Below are positions 1-12,590 of a stretch of DNA of 64,000 nt, in pieces. A program made the position numbers and the translations under genes. A model generated the notes under the pieces. It was not told where the DNA came from. It ran no database searches and saw only the letters and a list, made by a program, of their open reading frames with translations. The stretch lies in the NCBI GenBank assembly GCA_002104905.1, contig MCFE01000194.1, positions 71,951 to 135,950 of the forward strand, in the 5' to 3' direction. Positions within the stretch are counted from its first letter, which is position 1. Each line of letters begins with the position of its first letter. This DNA comes from Basidiobolus meristosporus CBS 931.73 (taxonomy: Eukaryota; Fungi; Basidiobolomycota).

Positions 1-600
1 GGCTGGATCTCCTGGTTTGTGATACTGAAAAGATTGCTTCTGGGATATTGCTGGTTGCTGCTTCAGGCTAAACCATGGTTTTAGACTCTTCCAGAGTAAG
101 AAAACTTGCTTTGCTCCGATTCAATTCTCACCATTAGTGGACTTGGGATCAGATTCTTGTCATCATCTGAAGAAATATTTTGTGAAAATCCCAAATTAGC
201 ATCAAACAACACATCCCTGGACTTGATCTGCTTAATTACCTTGCAATTGTCAAGTCTGTATATATTACTCTTGAGGCAGTAGCCCACAAATATGTATTTC
301 ACATTTTTTAGCTCAAGCGCTGATGATTTCCACGCAGTTTTGTGGCACATGCTGTATGTTTAAATACTCTTGCTTATTATAATGAGATATGCAGCTGCAG
401 CAACCAATTCTGCTCAAAAATCATAGGATAATCTTTTAATATGGATCATAGATCTTGCCATATGAATAACTCATCCATTATCAGGTTCTAGCACTCCATT
501 TTGCTCTGGGGAGTATTGTACGGCAGTCTCTTCCTTTATCCCTTGTATTTTGCAGAAGTGGAAGAAGAGTTTTCCCTATGAAAAAAATTTTGTCCAGCAG
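1..600 (-). mobile_element. Degenerate Copia (family B) fragment: integrase C-terminal part and linker
   Basis: ORF 81-350 (ELKNVKYIFVGY...LIKSRDVLFD) is colinear with 31,170-31,750 of the full-length family-B element; cut by the window edge. Confidence 0.8.
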
Positions 601-810
601 GTAGATCTAATCTAGATCAGCTGTCAAGATCCCATCAGGAGACCACCATAATACTCACAGCTTGGAATTAATATTCAGCCACACAATCTTATGATAGGAT
701 CACTATGGTGCTTTGCCAAAATTATGCCCAAGAAGAGTTGAAAAATATAATGGTGTTTGTTTGGTGTTTTGCCAAGGGTGGCATGGCATTGTTGAGGTTC
801 AAGTGTACTC
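601..810 (-). mobile_element. Small fragment of CACTA/tnp2-type transposase sequence
   Basis: Similar by eye to 26,040-26,220 and 12,450-12,510, which belong to the CACTA-like remnants. Confidence 0.5.
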
Positions 811-889
811 TACAACTCTTTGAGTAGATCTAACCAGTTTTATTATTATTGTTATTATTATTATATTAGTATCATGGAATTCAACTTGG

Positions 890-1925
890 CTACTGGTGCA
901 AAGGTTTCAGCATAGTTGGGTCCCTTTGGTTGAGAGGATCCTTTGGCCACAAGTCTTGTGTTGTATCTTTCAGCTGAACCATCAGCCTTATATTTTTCTT
1001 GAGCACCCATCTACCTTCTACTAATATTTGGCTGAATGGTAATGTGACTAAGTTCCAAGTTTTCTTTACTATAAGGGCCTGGTGCTCCTTGATCTTTGGA
1101 GATCTCCAAAGCTTTGTCTGAGGGCTATGTAGGGCCTCTTTCACAGTCTTAGGCTCACCAATATGGACCAAATAGGCATAGGCTAAGTTGTATCCTCATT
1201 GACATGGTTACTAGGTCTATTCCTAATCCTGCTGGATCTGTTGCCTGATAATGCTCAAATGCTAACTTCTGAAATATTTTTGGGCCCTGAGTCAGGCTAG
1301 AACACAACTGTGATGTCCTCTGAATTGAAATATTTTCATTGTTTTGTACTGAATCAAAGCTGACAATTGGCGGGCCTAAGATTGAACTTTTGTCACACAA
1401 TACACAAAGTAACATGGGACCCATGTTGGTCAGCAATACTGCATTCTGATTGGCAAAACCACAGCTGAGTCCTTCTGCTGAGGCCTTGCTTACAGAGTAA
1501 AGACTCTTTACTATTTGTGATACCTAAGGTACTGCTTTGAAGGTTAGTGTGTAACTTCCTTCATTGCTTTGGAGGTTAGCTTGATTGGATTCCTATCCAC
1601 CTATCTTCAGTATACTATTGACACCTGAGTAAAACATCTTGAACCGCATTTCTTGTGAGTGGGAAAAAAGTATTTTTTGGTGTATAAAGTGCCGGAATGC
1701 TCTAGAGTAATTGCATCACATCTGAGAATACTTGTGTGGTCATACTTAGTATAAATGGAAATAGTCTACCTTCAGTGGTTGAAGCATCTGCATATTAAAA
1801 CTTTCTGTGTTGATTATCTCACTTATTGAAATACCAGTTTGATGTGTGTCCTTTCCTTTCATCACAATTGCATACAGATCTCTACGCCTTTAAGGGGTCA
1901 TAAGTACCTCCTTTATTGGTTATCA
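890..1925 (-). mobile_element. Copia family B fragment (gag zinc knuckle, protease, start of RT; integrase deleted). Left part of the element interrupted by Copia A
   Basis: Homologous to 32,290-32,780 (protease/gag) and 30,850-31,200 (linker/RT start, EPKTVKEAL). Continues at 6,363 on the other side of Copia A. Confidence 0.75.
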
Positions 1926-2332
1926 TTGCCTATTAGAGGATTTTCTTCTTCCTTCTTGTGATGAAATATTGAACTATTTGGTATCATCCAGCAGCTGAAA
2001 ATTTACTTAACAATTCTAGACTAGTCTTGGTTGCTGTAGGACTTGTTTGCAGCCCCAACCTTGCTAGTTTCTTCATATCAATGATCCTTTAATTTGTTCC
2101 CTAGAGTGAAGATCAAATTAGCACTGTTTACCAAGCATTATGTAATAACCCTGAAACTGTTACAGAATGCTCCTGAGTGTTAAGTAGCCCCCCCCCCTTC
2201 TTAGAGTTACTGCTGTTTTACTTCTACAAAGGTATAAGTAGTGATCCACTTTATGAATAAACAACAGCTCAACTACTATTACTATATCTTGATAAGTTGC
2301 TTATGTCCAGATCACTTCCTAAAATTGCAACA
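1926..2332 (+). repeat. 5' LTR of Copia A (start eroded)
   Basis: Direct repeat of 5,951-6,362; ends TTGCAACA directly before the PBS. Confidence 0.9.
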
Positions 2333-2345
2333 GGTTATGAGCCCC
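2333..2345 (+). other. Primer-binding site complementary to the anticodon arm of tRNA-iMet (half-tRNA priming)
   Basis: GGTTATGAGCCCC is identical to 59,257-59,269, the complement of tRNA-iMet nt 27-39. Confidence 0.9.
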
Positions 2346-2369
2346 TATTGCCTTAACCTGTCCAAAAGA

Positions 2370-5300
2370 TGACTTTTACCAGTAAACAGAACAATACTAA
2401 CATCTTCCCTGTAAAGGAGAAGTGTGAAGATGTTTCAAGAGAAGGAGAGAAAGACCTTGAATGCTATATGTAGCAATGTGCAAGATTCCTTCATTGGACA
2501 AATCCATGCTTCAAATACTGCCAAAGCAGCATAGGAATCCTTAGAGTAGATCTTAGAGCAAAATCAGTATTAAGCAAGCTTTACATAAAACAAAAGTTCT
2601 TCAACATGTGGAAGAAGCTAGATGATGACATACTACAACTCATTACCTGAATGGGGTCACTTGCAAAAGAACTTTACAGTATTAATGCTGGAGTAGATGA
2701 TGAAGAAAAGATACTCTGTCTGCTTGGCAGCCTACCAGACAAGTATGAGCCACTCATACTTTCTTTTGAAAGCAGAGAAGATAAATTGACTTTAGACTAT
2801 GGCAAAGGAAGACTTCTCCATGAAGAACTGAGATGTAATGATCAAGCAGAGTAAATTAAAAACAATGCTTTATTCAGCTCAGGGAGGAACACATAAAAGA
2901 AGGGAAAGCAGAAAAACCAAAGAAAACCTGGTTGCTGTAACCACTGTAAGAAGCCAGGACACTGGGCAAGAGAATGCAAGAAGAAACAAGCAGAAAAAAA
3001 ACAAAAACTGGAGCAGGCAAACCATATAACTACTGATGAACAGTTATTTGTAACTGTACAAGAGAGTGCAAGTAACCAAAGCAATGAATGGTATATTGAC
3101 TCTGGAGCATCACAGCATATTTGTGGTATAAAGGAGTGGTTCAACAACTTGAAGACTATTCCTATAAGAAAGGTTTATCTGGGAGACAACTCTGCACTGG
3201 AAGCTACTGTCAGTGGGTCTATACTACTAAATATGAGTGAAGTCTCAGGGGCTACAGCAGCAAAACTGACTTACATAATTTACATCTCTGGGAATAGCTA
3301 GGAACTTACTCTCAGTCAGTAAAGCAACTGCTGAGGGACTGAAATATGTATTTACTAAGCTGAACTGCTCAGTATTGAGTGAAAATGGACAGATATTACC
3401 TTTGGGAATCAGAGGTCACAATATATACAAGTTGCAATGCAAGATCATTGTACCCAAGTATCCCAACATTGCTGAAACTAATGAAACTAACTGGGAGATA
3501 TGGCATAGGAGACTAGAACACACTGGGGAACAGAATATTAGCCAATTGATGAAGAAGGAACTTGCTTCAGGCCTAAATTACTCAATTACAATCAAATTGA
3601 GTGTCTGTAAGCAAAGTTCATATAGCAAACAAGCTAGGCAATTCTTCAGGAGCTCAGGAGTCATTGACACCACCAAAATATTGGCTATTGTATACTTAGA
3701 CCTATGTGGGCCCACAGGAACAATGTCCTTTGGAGCCAAGAGATACTATATGATGTTTATTGCTTACAAGACAAGATATACATGGGAATATTTCTTCAAA
3801 ACAATGGATGAGGCTTTGGAAATATCTAAACACTTCAAGAACATGGCAGAAACACAAACTGGGTGCAAATTGTAGATATTTTGCAGTGACAACGGAGGGG
3901 ATTACTGATCAAAGGAGGTTGCAAAAACTGCTCATCTACTGGTAAAGTTGAGCAGACCACTGTTCCACATACTGCACAGTCAAATGAAGTAGCAGAATAT
4001 ATAAATAGAACAATAGTAGAGATGGAAAGATCTGTGCTACATGATAAAGGAGTGAGCTATAAGTTTTGGGCTGAATCCATTGCTACCGCAGTATACATTA
4101 GGAATGGGTGCCCAACAACAGCACTAAAGGACTCTACACTCTTCAAAATATATAGAGGCAAAAAACTAGACCTTCAGCATCTCAGGATCTTTAGCAGTGA
4201 TGTCTTTTATCACATACCTGACAAGAAACACTTAAAGCTGGAACCAATGAGTAGAAAAGGGATCTCTCTTTGGTATTGTGATGATATCAAGAGGTATAAA
4301 ATGTATGATAGCAAAATTCACAAGCTGATCAAGAGCAGGGACATTGTATTTGAGGAGAATTCAGATCAGAAAGCCACAAAAATCATTGGCCAGCTGGCTG
4401 ATGATGCAATCAACACTAATGAAGAAGATACATACCAAATTCAGCCATACACAGAAGATATTTTTACCAGTTCCAGATCAGAGCAGATTATCCCAGTTAG
4501 GAGATCAAACAGAATAAGAAATGCCCCTGGATCCTGGTGGCAGATATCCAATGATCATGAAGAAGCTTATCTTGCCTTATGTGCCAAACCTCAAAATCTG
4601 GAACAGGCAATGCAAAGTCCAGATGCTACTATGTGGCAACAAGCCATGCAGGAGGAGTACCAATTACTGATCAAAGCAAAAACATGGGAACTGGTATATT
4701 TATCAAATGAGCAAAAGCCAATAGGAAGTAGATAGGCCTACAAGATCAAGATAACCTTGCATGATACTGTTAATTTAGTACTAGGCTAGATTGGTGGCTA
4801 AAGGCTATTAACAGATCCAGGAAATAGACTTCAAGGAAACATTTGCTCCAGTTGCAAAGTTTAACTCCATTAGGACAGTTCTAGCCCTGGCAGCTCTAAA
4901 CAGTCTGGATGTACACCAAATGGACATCAAAACAGCCTTTCTAAAGGGGGATTTGCAAGAAACTATATATATGGAGCAACCAGAAGGTTCTACCACTCCA
5001 AAAGGCCCCCATAAAGTGTGCAGACTTATGAAATTGTTGTAAGGGTTTCAGCAGGCACCTAGTGCATGGTAAACAAAATTGTCACTTATCTAGAGGAAAT
5101 TGGGTTTGTTTGTAGCACTGTAGATCACAGTATATATGTGAAACAGCTCAAAAAGGGTGTGATCATCCTAGTTCTGTATGTGGACAGCCTAATAAAAGCT
5201 ACAAGTGACCAGGAGGCACTTAAACAGATGAAATCAGATCTCTTCAGCAAGTTTGAGATGAAAGATCTTTGAAAATTGTGCTATTTCCTTGAAATTGAAG

Positions 5301-5956
5301 AGAATCATGACATACCTATGCATAAAATTGTACTGTGGCAGTTGGAATAGTCAGACAATTCATGCAGAATTATAGATCAATCAAATCACAGCATTTAAGT
5401 GGATTTTCAGCTATCTACAAAGTACCATAATATGGTTATGGAATACTCTGGAGCAGTCAATAAGGGGATATTTGATGGTTATAGTGATTCAGATTGGGGT
5501 AGATATCTGTTAGACAGATGCTCTACCACTGGGTATGTATTTCTTTACGCTGGTGCAGCTATTACTTGGAATTGCAAGAAACAACCAACTATGGCCCTAA
5601 ATACAAATGAAGCTGAGTATATGGCTGCTTGCCAAGCAACTAAGGAGGTTGTATGGCTATGGAATTTATTCCAAGACTCAGGCATTGATTCAGATGAACC
5701 AGCATGTATTTACAAAGATAATCAAAGTTTTATTGCATTAGCTAGGAATCCTACTAATCATGCCAGAACTAAGCACATAGATATACAACACCACTTTGTG
5801 AGGGAAGCTGTAGAGAATAACTTAGTAGAGTTAGTTTACGGTCCAACAGACAAAATGGTGGCAAATATATTGACAACACCACTAGCTAGATCACAATATG
5901 AGAATATCAGAGAGGAATTAGGATTAAGAAATTATTTAGTTGAGGGGCAGTGTTGA
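2370..5956 (+). pseudogene. Disrupted gag-pol of Copia A
   Basis: ORF pieces 2651-2854 (gag), 3375-3875 (GAG-pre-integrase/INT), 4022-4735, 5066-5272 (RT), 5399-5956 (RNase H). Start coordinate approximate. Confidence 0.88.
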
Positions 5957-6362
5957 AATTTGCCCATTAGAGGATTTTCTTCTTCCTTCTTGTGATGAAA
6001 TATTGAACTATTTGGTATCATCCAGCAGCTGAAAATTTACTTAACAATTCTAGACTAGTCTTGGTCACTGTAGGACTTGTTTGCAGCCCCAACCTTGCCA
6101 GTTTCCTCATATCTATGATCCTTTAATTTTTTCCCTAAAGTGAAGATCAAATTAGCACTGTTTACCAAGCATTATGTAATAACCCTGAAACTGTTACAGA
6201 ATGCTCCTGAATGTTAAGAAGCCTCCCCTTCTTAGTGTTACTGTTGTGTTACTTCTACAAAGGTATAAGTGGTGATCCACTTTATGAATAAACAACAGTT
6301 CAGATATTACCACTATATATTGATTAGTTCCTTATATCCAGATTGCTTCTTAAATTGCAACA
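5951..6362 (+). repeat. 3' LTR of Copia A
   Basis: TGTTGAAAT...TTGCAACA, preceded by GAGGGGCAG. Confidence 0.92.
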
Positions 6363-7122
6363 TCTTGTTGGCACTTGATTTTCTTAATTTCTCATCCAGG
6401 TGTCTTCCATTCATGTGGTATCAGGTAAAATCTTGAGGTCATAGCTCTAGGGCAAATACAAGATCCTGAAGCATGTCTGTCAGACTATTCTTAAGGGTAA
6501 CTATCACATCATCTGTGCTCCTGTTTGCCACTTCAGAGCAAATGCACCTGAAGGTACTATGTCCTCTGTTCTCAAACTTTACATCATTCTGTCTTGCACC
6601 TTTGGGTGGTTATTCCTCTTGCATATCAATATTCCAAGGGCTTTTTTCCTGTGGCATAATATCATACTTGTTTTCTTCACCTGGCATTCAGATATATAAA
6701 ATATTCAGCAGATGGAATAACACTGGTAATATTGATATTACACACTGCTGAGAGTGACAGCTGGGGCTCATAGCCTGCTGTAAGAGCTTGGAGCTATTAG
6801 CAGTGATTGTAACCACAAGTATATTTTGTGGTTTTCTTTTAATGACTTATTAAATCCAAAAGTTGTATTTATGGTTTTACATAGGTCTGACAAAGAACAC
6901 ACATGTAAAGGTTAGAGAAGGTCACAAGAACATGTAGGCAGGGTTTGGAGTTGTTTAGACAGCTTTGAAATACTCAATGCTCTGAATACGTAATGTTTTT
7001 GTCAATATATTCTATGCCAGTCCCAACAAGAATTTTGGTTGGAGTTTTCTAAGATTTGTAGGTAATGCTCTATGCAGCTAAGTAGGGTGAATATTCTAGT
7101 AAAATTTGGAATATTTGCAATA
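6363..7122 (-). mobile_element. Copia family B 5' end: LTR (6,776-7,122), PBS (6,763-6,775) and gag start
   Basis: LTR similar to 33,427-33,773; the PBS reads GGCTATGAGCCCC on the minus strand; gag is similar to 32,800-33,420. Confidence 0.8.
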
Positions 7123-7229
7123 TCCTTCCCCATGTTGGAAGATGAAGTAAAGATCACCTACAATCCATTAAGTTTTGACCTTCCCAAAAGCTATAACTCC
7201 CAAAATCTCAGACACTACAGGCATACCAA

Positions 7230-7597
7230 TGTTACAAGTCTTGGTATAAGAGTTGTACAGGAATAGGGAGTTTAGCTAGTATTGTATTCACTTGAACTTG
7301 AACTGATCTTTATTGAGGTTCCAGCGGCTCCTTATATACATTTTGTCAGATCAATTGCTGACTAATTGTATTTCCTAATGTAGGTTGTGGCTGATGACTC
7401 ATTTGATTGCATCATCATCACCCAATAAGATCCGGTTTTGTATATTTATTTCTGTCTGATAAGGATCTGCTGATACATTTGCTGACTAATGCTACTGATT
7501 TCATAGATAATACTGATATACTGACAACCTAAGCATATATTAATTGATTTGACTAAAAACTGATCTAACCTATACATTCAAGCGGCAGATCATAACA
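7230..7597 (-). repeat. Solo LTR, family C (368 bp)
   Basis: TGTTA...TAACA termini, internal TATATAAG and AATAAA on the minus strand; inverted homolog of 22,422-22,788; flanks CCAA/CCAG may be a decayed TSD. Confidence 0.7.
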
Positions 7598-7621
7598 CCA
7601 GTATCCTTGCATGCAGGAAAC

Positions 7622-7989
7622 TGCTGAAATATTGGACTATTTGGTATTATTCTGCAGCTAAAATTTACTTAACAATTCAGGACTAGTCTTGGTCACTGTG
7701 GGACTAATTGACAGCTCTAACTTTGCCACTTTCTTCAGATCTATGATCTTATGATTATTCCCCTATAGTCAGGATCAAATTAGCACTAATACTAACTATT
7801 ATGTATTAACCCTGAAACTGTTACAGAATGCTGCTGAATATTGAGAAACCCTCCCTACTTAGTGTTGCAGCTGTATTACTTCTACAAAGGTATAAATACT
7901 GAGCTTCTTTAGTAATAAACAATAGTTCAGCTAGCATCACTATTTCTTGATAAGTTCCTTGTATCCAAAACACTTCTTAAATTGCAACA
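7622..7989 (+). repeat. Solo LTR related to Copia A, with perfect 5-bp TSD GAAAC
   Basis: Similar to 5,991-6,362; TG...CA ends; GAAAC at 7,617-7,621 and 7,990-7,994. Confidence 0.88.
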
Positions 7990-8599
7990 GAAACTAGCCT
8001 GACTAGTACTCCTACCATGTTCTATAGTCAGCTGCCCATTACCTACACAGTGCTAGGGCTAGCCGCTTTCTTGACCCCATGAGAAGACACTGTGATTATC
8101 CATCAAAAGGCCATCACAAAATTTAAATCCCAGAGCCAATAGGTATTGATTGCCTGAGGATACTGTGCAAAGACTGTTAAAAAATTGCACCCCAGATTTC
8201 ACAAAAAATCTGATCATAAATTTTTGTCATGACAATACATAGGTAGCTATTGATTGGTTCTCTGCCAAATATCTCACTTTTGATTGCAGACACTTAAACA
8301 CCTCCTACATTTGTGTGCTCCAATTTGCTATTGCCTCTTTTTCACACTTGTAACTTCCAGGCTCAAATACTGCACTGACTTTTCTTGAAGACATATTGGC
8401 TTATTTCTGTTCAATATTCAGTTGTAACTCAATTGCCAACTGTACTGATAAATACAAGTCCATATACCCAGCATAAACATTCAGCCCAACCACGCACTTG
8501 ACTAGTAACTCCATTAAAATTGACCATTCAACAAGTATTTCTTCCATAATACCCTTTTCTATGACTTTAGCAGAAGCCCTGCAAGATCTACTACCTTAT

Positions 8600-11500
8600 T
8601 TGCTAGTGTTTGCAATAAATCCTTACCAAAATCATGTGTGTTCTCTAGAGCACTGCTCTTGAGTAGTATGGCAACCTTTTGCTGTGCCTGTTGTTGTCCC
8701 AACACTTAACTGTAGGTGCTGGAGTAGTCCTCTAGTTCTTGACTTGCCTGCCTTGTCAGTTGATGGGATCCCCACACTGTCTCCAATGAAGGATGTGAAG
8801 GCTGTGGTAGGATTAATACAGCTCTCTACAAACTCATTTACCTCACTAGAGTGTAACCCAAGTATCAGCACATCCAACACTTGAGAACAAAGCTGTTGTC
8901 TTCATAATATTTCTTTTTGGCTATTAGGAGATAAAGCCTGTTCCTGGGTAATGGAGTCAGCCGGTAAGAGCTGCAACTTCTTTCACATGCTTTCCACTCT
9001 TTGGCTTTGTTATACTTTTATCCCTTTACCCTTTCCTTCATCACTGCCAAGTCTTTCACTGATACTTAGTCTGAGTACTTCTTGTAATGATCTGCATTTT
9101 CACCTTGAAGAATTTTGCACTAGGGCATCAGTTTATGCTAGCTTGTCTTTTACAAGCATTTTTTGGGCAGCCTTTGTCTCTTGTTTTGAGCTTTGCACTA
9201 ACCTTTTTGTTTATTACAGCCAGGTCCTTCATTGATACTTTGCCTGAGAGCTTCTTGTATTGAAATATGCTTTCTTCATGGTAAATGCTGCAATAGTGCA
9301 AATATTTCTGCCTTCTTATTCCATACCAACACTATACTGGCATGCCAACATTTCTTTTCCACTTATGTTGAGCTCTCAGCTCCAATTATAACATACTCCT
9401 GAGGAAGCTGCTGGTTTGCTCACTGACAGATCCTTCACTGCTACATTGGCTGAATGGTACTTGAATAGAACTAAGCTTTTCCTGGTTAAAAGTTGCACCG
9501 AGGCATCTGTTTCTGCCTGCTTGTCCCTTGCCAGCACTCTTCCTGCCACTTGACATCTCTGTGACACTTCTTTAGAGCTTTTGGCCCTGCCTGCCACAGG
9601 CTCCAGAGGAAGCAACTAGTTCTTATCTGTGGAACACTTGTTCAACTGCCTTTGATAGTTTCTGCTATACATGAAATACTTTCTTAGCATACTAATGCAT
9701 GCCTAAAGCCTATTTACTTGTTAGAATCTGGGATAGTGCTCATGGAACATGTCAAGTACAATCTGCTTGGCCTTGAGCTCCCAATGGCCACATGGTATGC
9801 TAGATTAAGGTGATGGCAAGCTATACTTCTTACTGATTCTTGGATATTAGCCCACACTTTATCATAGCACTCATTGGCCTCACAGATCTTTAATATCTCT
9901 TAATGTGTAGCTATGGTATTAATACTACTGTCTCTCACCCCATTCTTTCATAGGTTTTTCTGTGGGCTTTATAATTCATCACTGTTGTTGAACACTTTGC
10001 AGTGTTATTCTGCTGTTGCAATATGAGATGGCTGATTTCTCAGCTGTGAAATTGGGCTATTTAAGTTCCTTTTTTGTAGCAAAGATACTGCATTTGTGTG
10101 TGTAGGTGCAATGTTTGAAATACAAGAATGTCTTAAACTCACATGAGTATTCACAGAAAAGTGATATAGCAGCATTATATTGTTGAGTGTCAAGCTACAT
10201 GCCACACAAAGAAGACTACTTTGATTCAATGCCATAACAGAGGAGAAAAAAGACCGCGTGGCTATTGTAGCAAGCCTCTCATCCATGAAGGATGCAAGCA
10301 GCATAGGAAGTATTGCAAGGATCACAGCCAATGTTTTGCCATACAATACATATTTGACCATTCATCAGTCAGCACTGTACCAAAAATATCCTACTAGCCA
10401 CTTAATACTCCTATAGTGGCACCTAGCTGTACATGTCACCTTGTACAAAATGAGTCAGGTGTTTTTGTAATGCCTTTAGGCCCACCTTAGCCTTGTGAAT
10501 ATGGCATACAGAGTGATTGCTCTGACAAAGAAGGCTCCCTGAAGGATAGTAAGCCTATCTCCTCTAACAACAGTACCCTTTGTAAGCCCAGCAAGATCCT
10601 GATATGCAATGAGACAACACTTGTAGAATAGCATGCCATGGATACCTTGCAGAGCCAAGTGTAATCCAGTAATACATCAACTGGGGAATGATACAATGTT
10701 GTGGCTAGAGAAGTGACATGTTTCCACCAATATTAGTAATTAGGGCTTTCAGGATATACCGCCACTTATTGCCTAAATCATTCTAGGATGCAACTTACCA
10801 TGTGCATGCTCCAAGTGGAGAACTGTCCTGTGGCTGGCTACATATGACCCAGTGACCATCCTGATACCAGCATGTGTTAACTGCTGCATGGTATTCACAT
10901 TGGAAGATACCACCATTGCCAGATATCCAGCTTCTCAGGAATCCACCACCATAAGAGGAAAACATGCTAAACACTAAAAATATTTTCCTGTATTATTCCA
11001 TCTAAAGATTCTCATGCAGTCCAACAACTGTGTAGAGGCTATAAAGTACCAAACTCAGCATTAATCAGGTTCAAACATTTCAAACATCTCAAATGCCAGG
11101 GCTACCTTTAAGGTATATATGGCCATGCTGTTGCCTTGGCACTTGATTGATTCTCAGTAAAAAGTACTCTATCAGCAAAGCATGCTGGCCATAAATTCTG
11201 ATCAACCTGAATCTGCCAACAATCTTATGTTATTGTAGCTGAAATCTAACCCTAGTCTTACTAATATCTATGTCTAAGCAACTTTGTAACCTGGATAGCT
11301 ACCTGCAACTATTGCTAGATATATTTGTATGCTTTCCAGTAGGATACTGGTTAATGGCTATCATGTCCAAGCGTAAAGCATTATTGGCATTGGATATACC
11401 TCATGCATCAGCAAGATACCTAGCTTTTCTGGGCACAATGGATGGTGCTGCTGCCAGCTGTACTCACCAAAGTACTTCTCACAAGCTCCAATCAATAGTC

Positions 11501-11800
11501 ACAAGCATATGCAATGATGTAAGTGCAAGGACAGAATAAACTGAATAGGTATTTATTATTCATCTGCAGACACCTCTGCCTTTGGTGCTAAAGAGTTCTG
11601 CAGACCTACTGCACAAGTCAGCTAAGTAATGCAAGGTTGAGCTGGACACAGAAAGCCACTCATATTTACTAGGACAACTTTACCAAAGTATGCCAGGTTA
11701 CTTCTAGTTACAAGCTGATTTCTATGCCATTCAGTACATAATCCACACAAACTAAAGCTGGAGCACACTAATAAGGGGACTAGAATCCAGCAGGAAGAAG
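8600..11800. mobile_element. Decayed CACTA/EnSpm-like (tnp2) DNA transposon: transposase on + (~10.75-11.8 kb), second ORF on - (~8.6-10.4 kb)
   Basis: KQLCNLDSYLQLLLDIF...SKIPSFSGHNGWCCCQ matches the tnp2 motif (xK..G.xGHxG...CxxC) and 35,975-36,208. 9,480-9,600 and 9,930-10,130 are inverted homologs of 38,690-38,810 and 38,170-38,360. Boundaries approximate. Confidence 0.6.
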
Positions 11801-12590
11801 GAGTGAATTGGCTAATAGCAAAAAGTTCTTTGCAGATATTTACAAGATATTCATGGCAAAAGTAGTGACAACCAGGCACATGGTTGTAAGATGTGTATAT
11901 TAAAAGCAATACAAGGTATATGGCAGCTTTTCAAGTTTCACACTGAAAAGCTGCAAAGTTGAGGTCATAAAATGTGTCAATTACATTGTAAGGGAAGCCA
12001 TGAGCCTTTAGAAGGCATCAAGCACTCATAACTTGGTTAAGTTTTGACCAAGTTGAGGTCTATACTGGTTGAAGTGGCTACCAGTCAATGGTCTTTTGCA
12101 TTTACAACCTAAATATATCTTGCATATACTTTTACTGACTCAAGGTGTTGAGCAGGGTATTTCTATCTGTGAACCACTATATCCCTAAGCAGTAACTAAG
12201 CTTGCTCAGATTGGACATTTTGAACTCCTTAGATAGGCTGTATTTGATTGCTTCCAAGATATTTTAACTATTGGTGGCTACAACAAGATTATCCACCAAC
12301 AGGGCTAATAAAACTGTACATCCTTTATTTAGCTGGTAGTAGATGCTATAGTCAGCTGAAATACTTTGGTAACACAGGAACTCCTTATCAGCATCCCTTT
12401 CATATATCCAGGCTTGTGGTGAGTCCATAAAGAGCTGTTTGGTCCTGCAGGTGGATCTAATCTAGACCAGACACCAAGATCCCAAGACAAGACTGTCATA
12501 AAGTCAGCCACTAGTGTTTCTGGAAAAAACTTGTTTATATTTTTTACAGCTTCTATGCAAGGTTGGCCTAGCCTAAAGTCAATCCTAGTG

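Larger units (their letters stand above)
1926..6362 (+). mobile_element. Copia LTR retrotransposon, family A, near full length, inactivated, nested in a family-B gag
   Basis: Two ~410-bp LTRs, PBS GGTTATGAGCCCC (2,333-2,345), purine-rich PPT before 5,951, and gag-PR-INT-RT-RNaseH order (WYIDSGAS, DLCGP, HQMDIKTAFL, LYVDSL, DSDW...STTGYVF...EAEYMA) with many stops and frameshifts. The first bases of the 5' LTR and the left TSD appear deleted. Confidence 0.93.
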
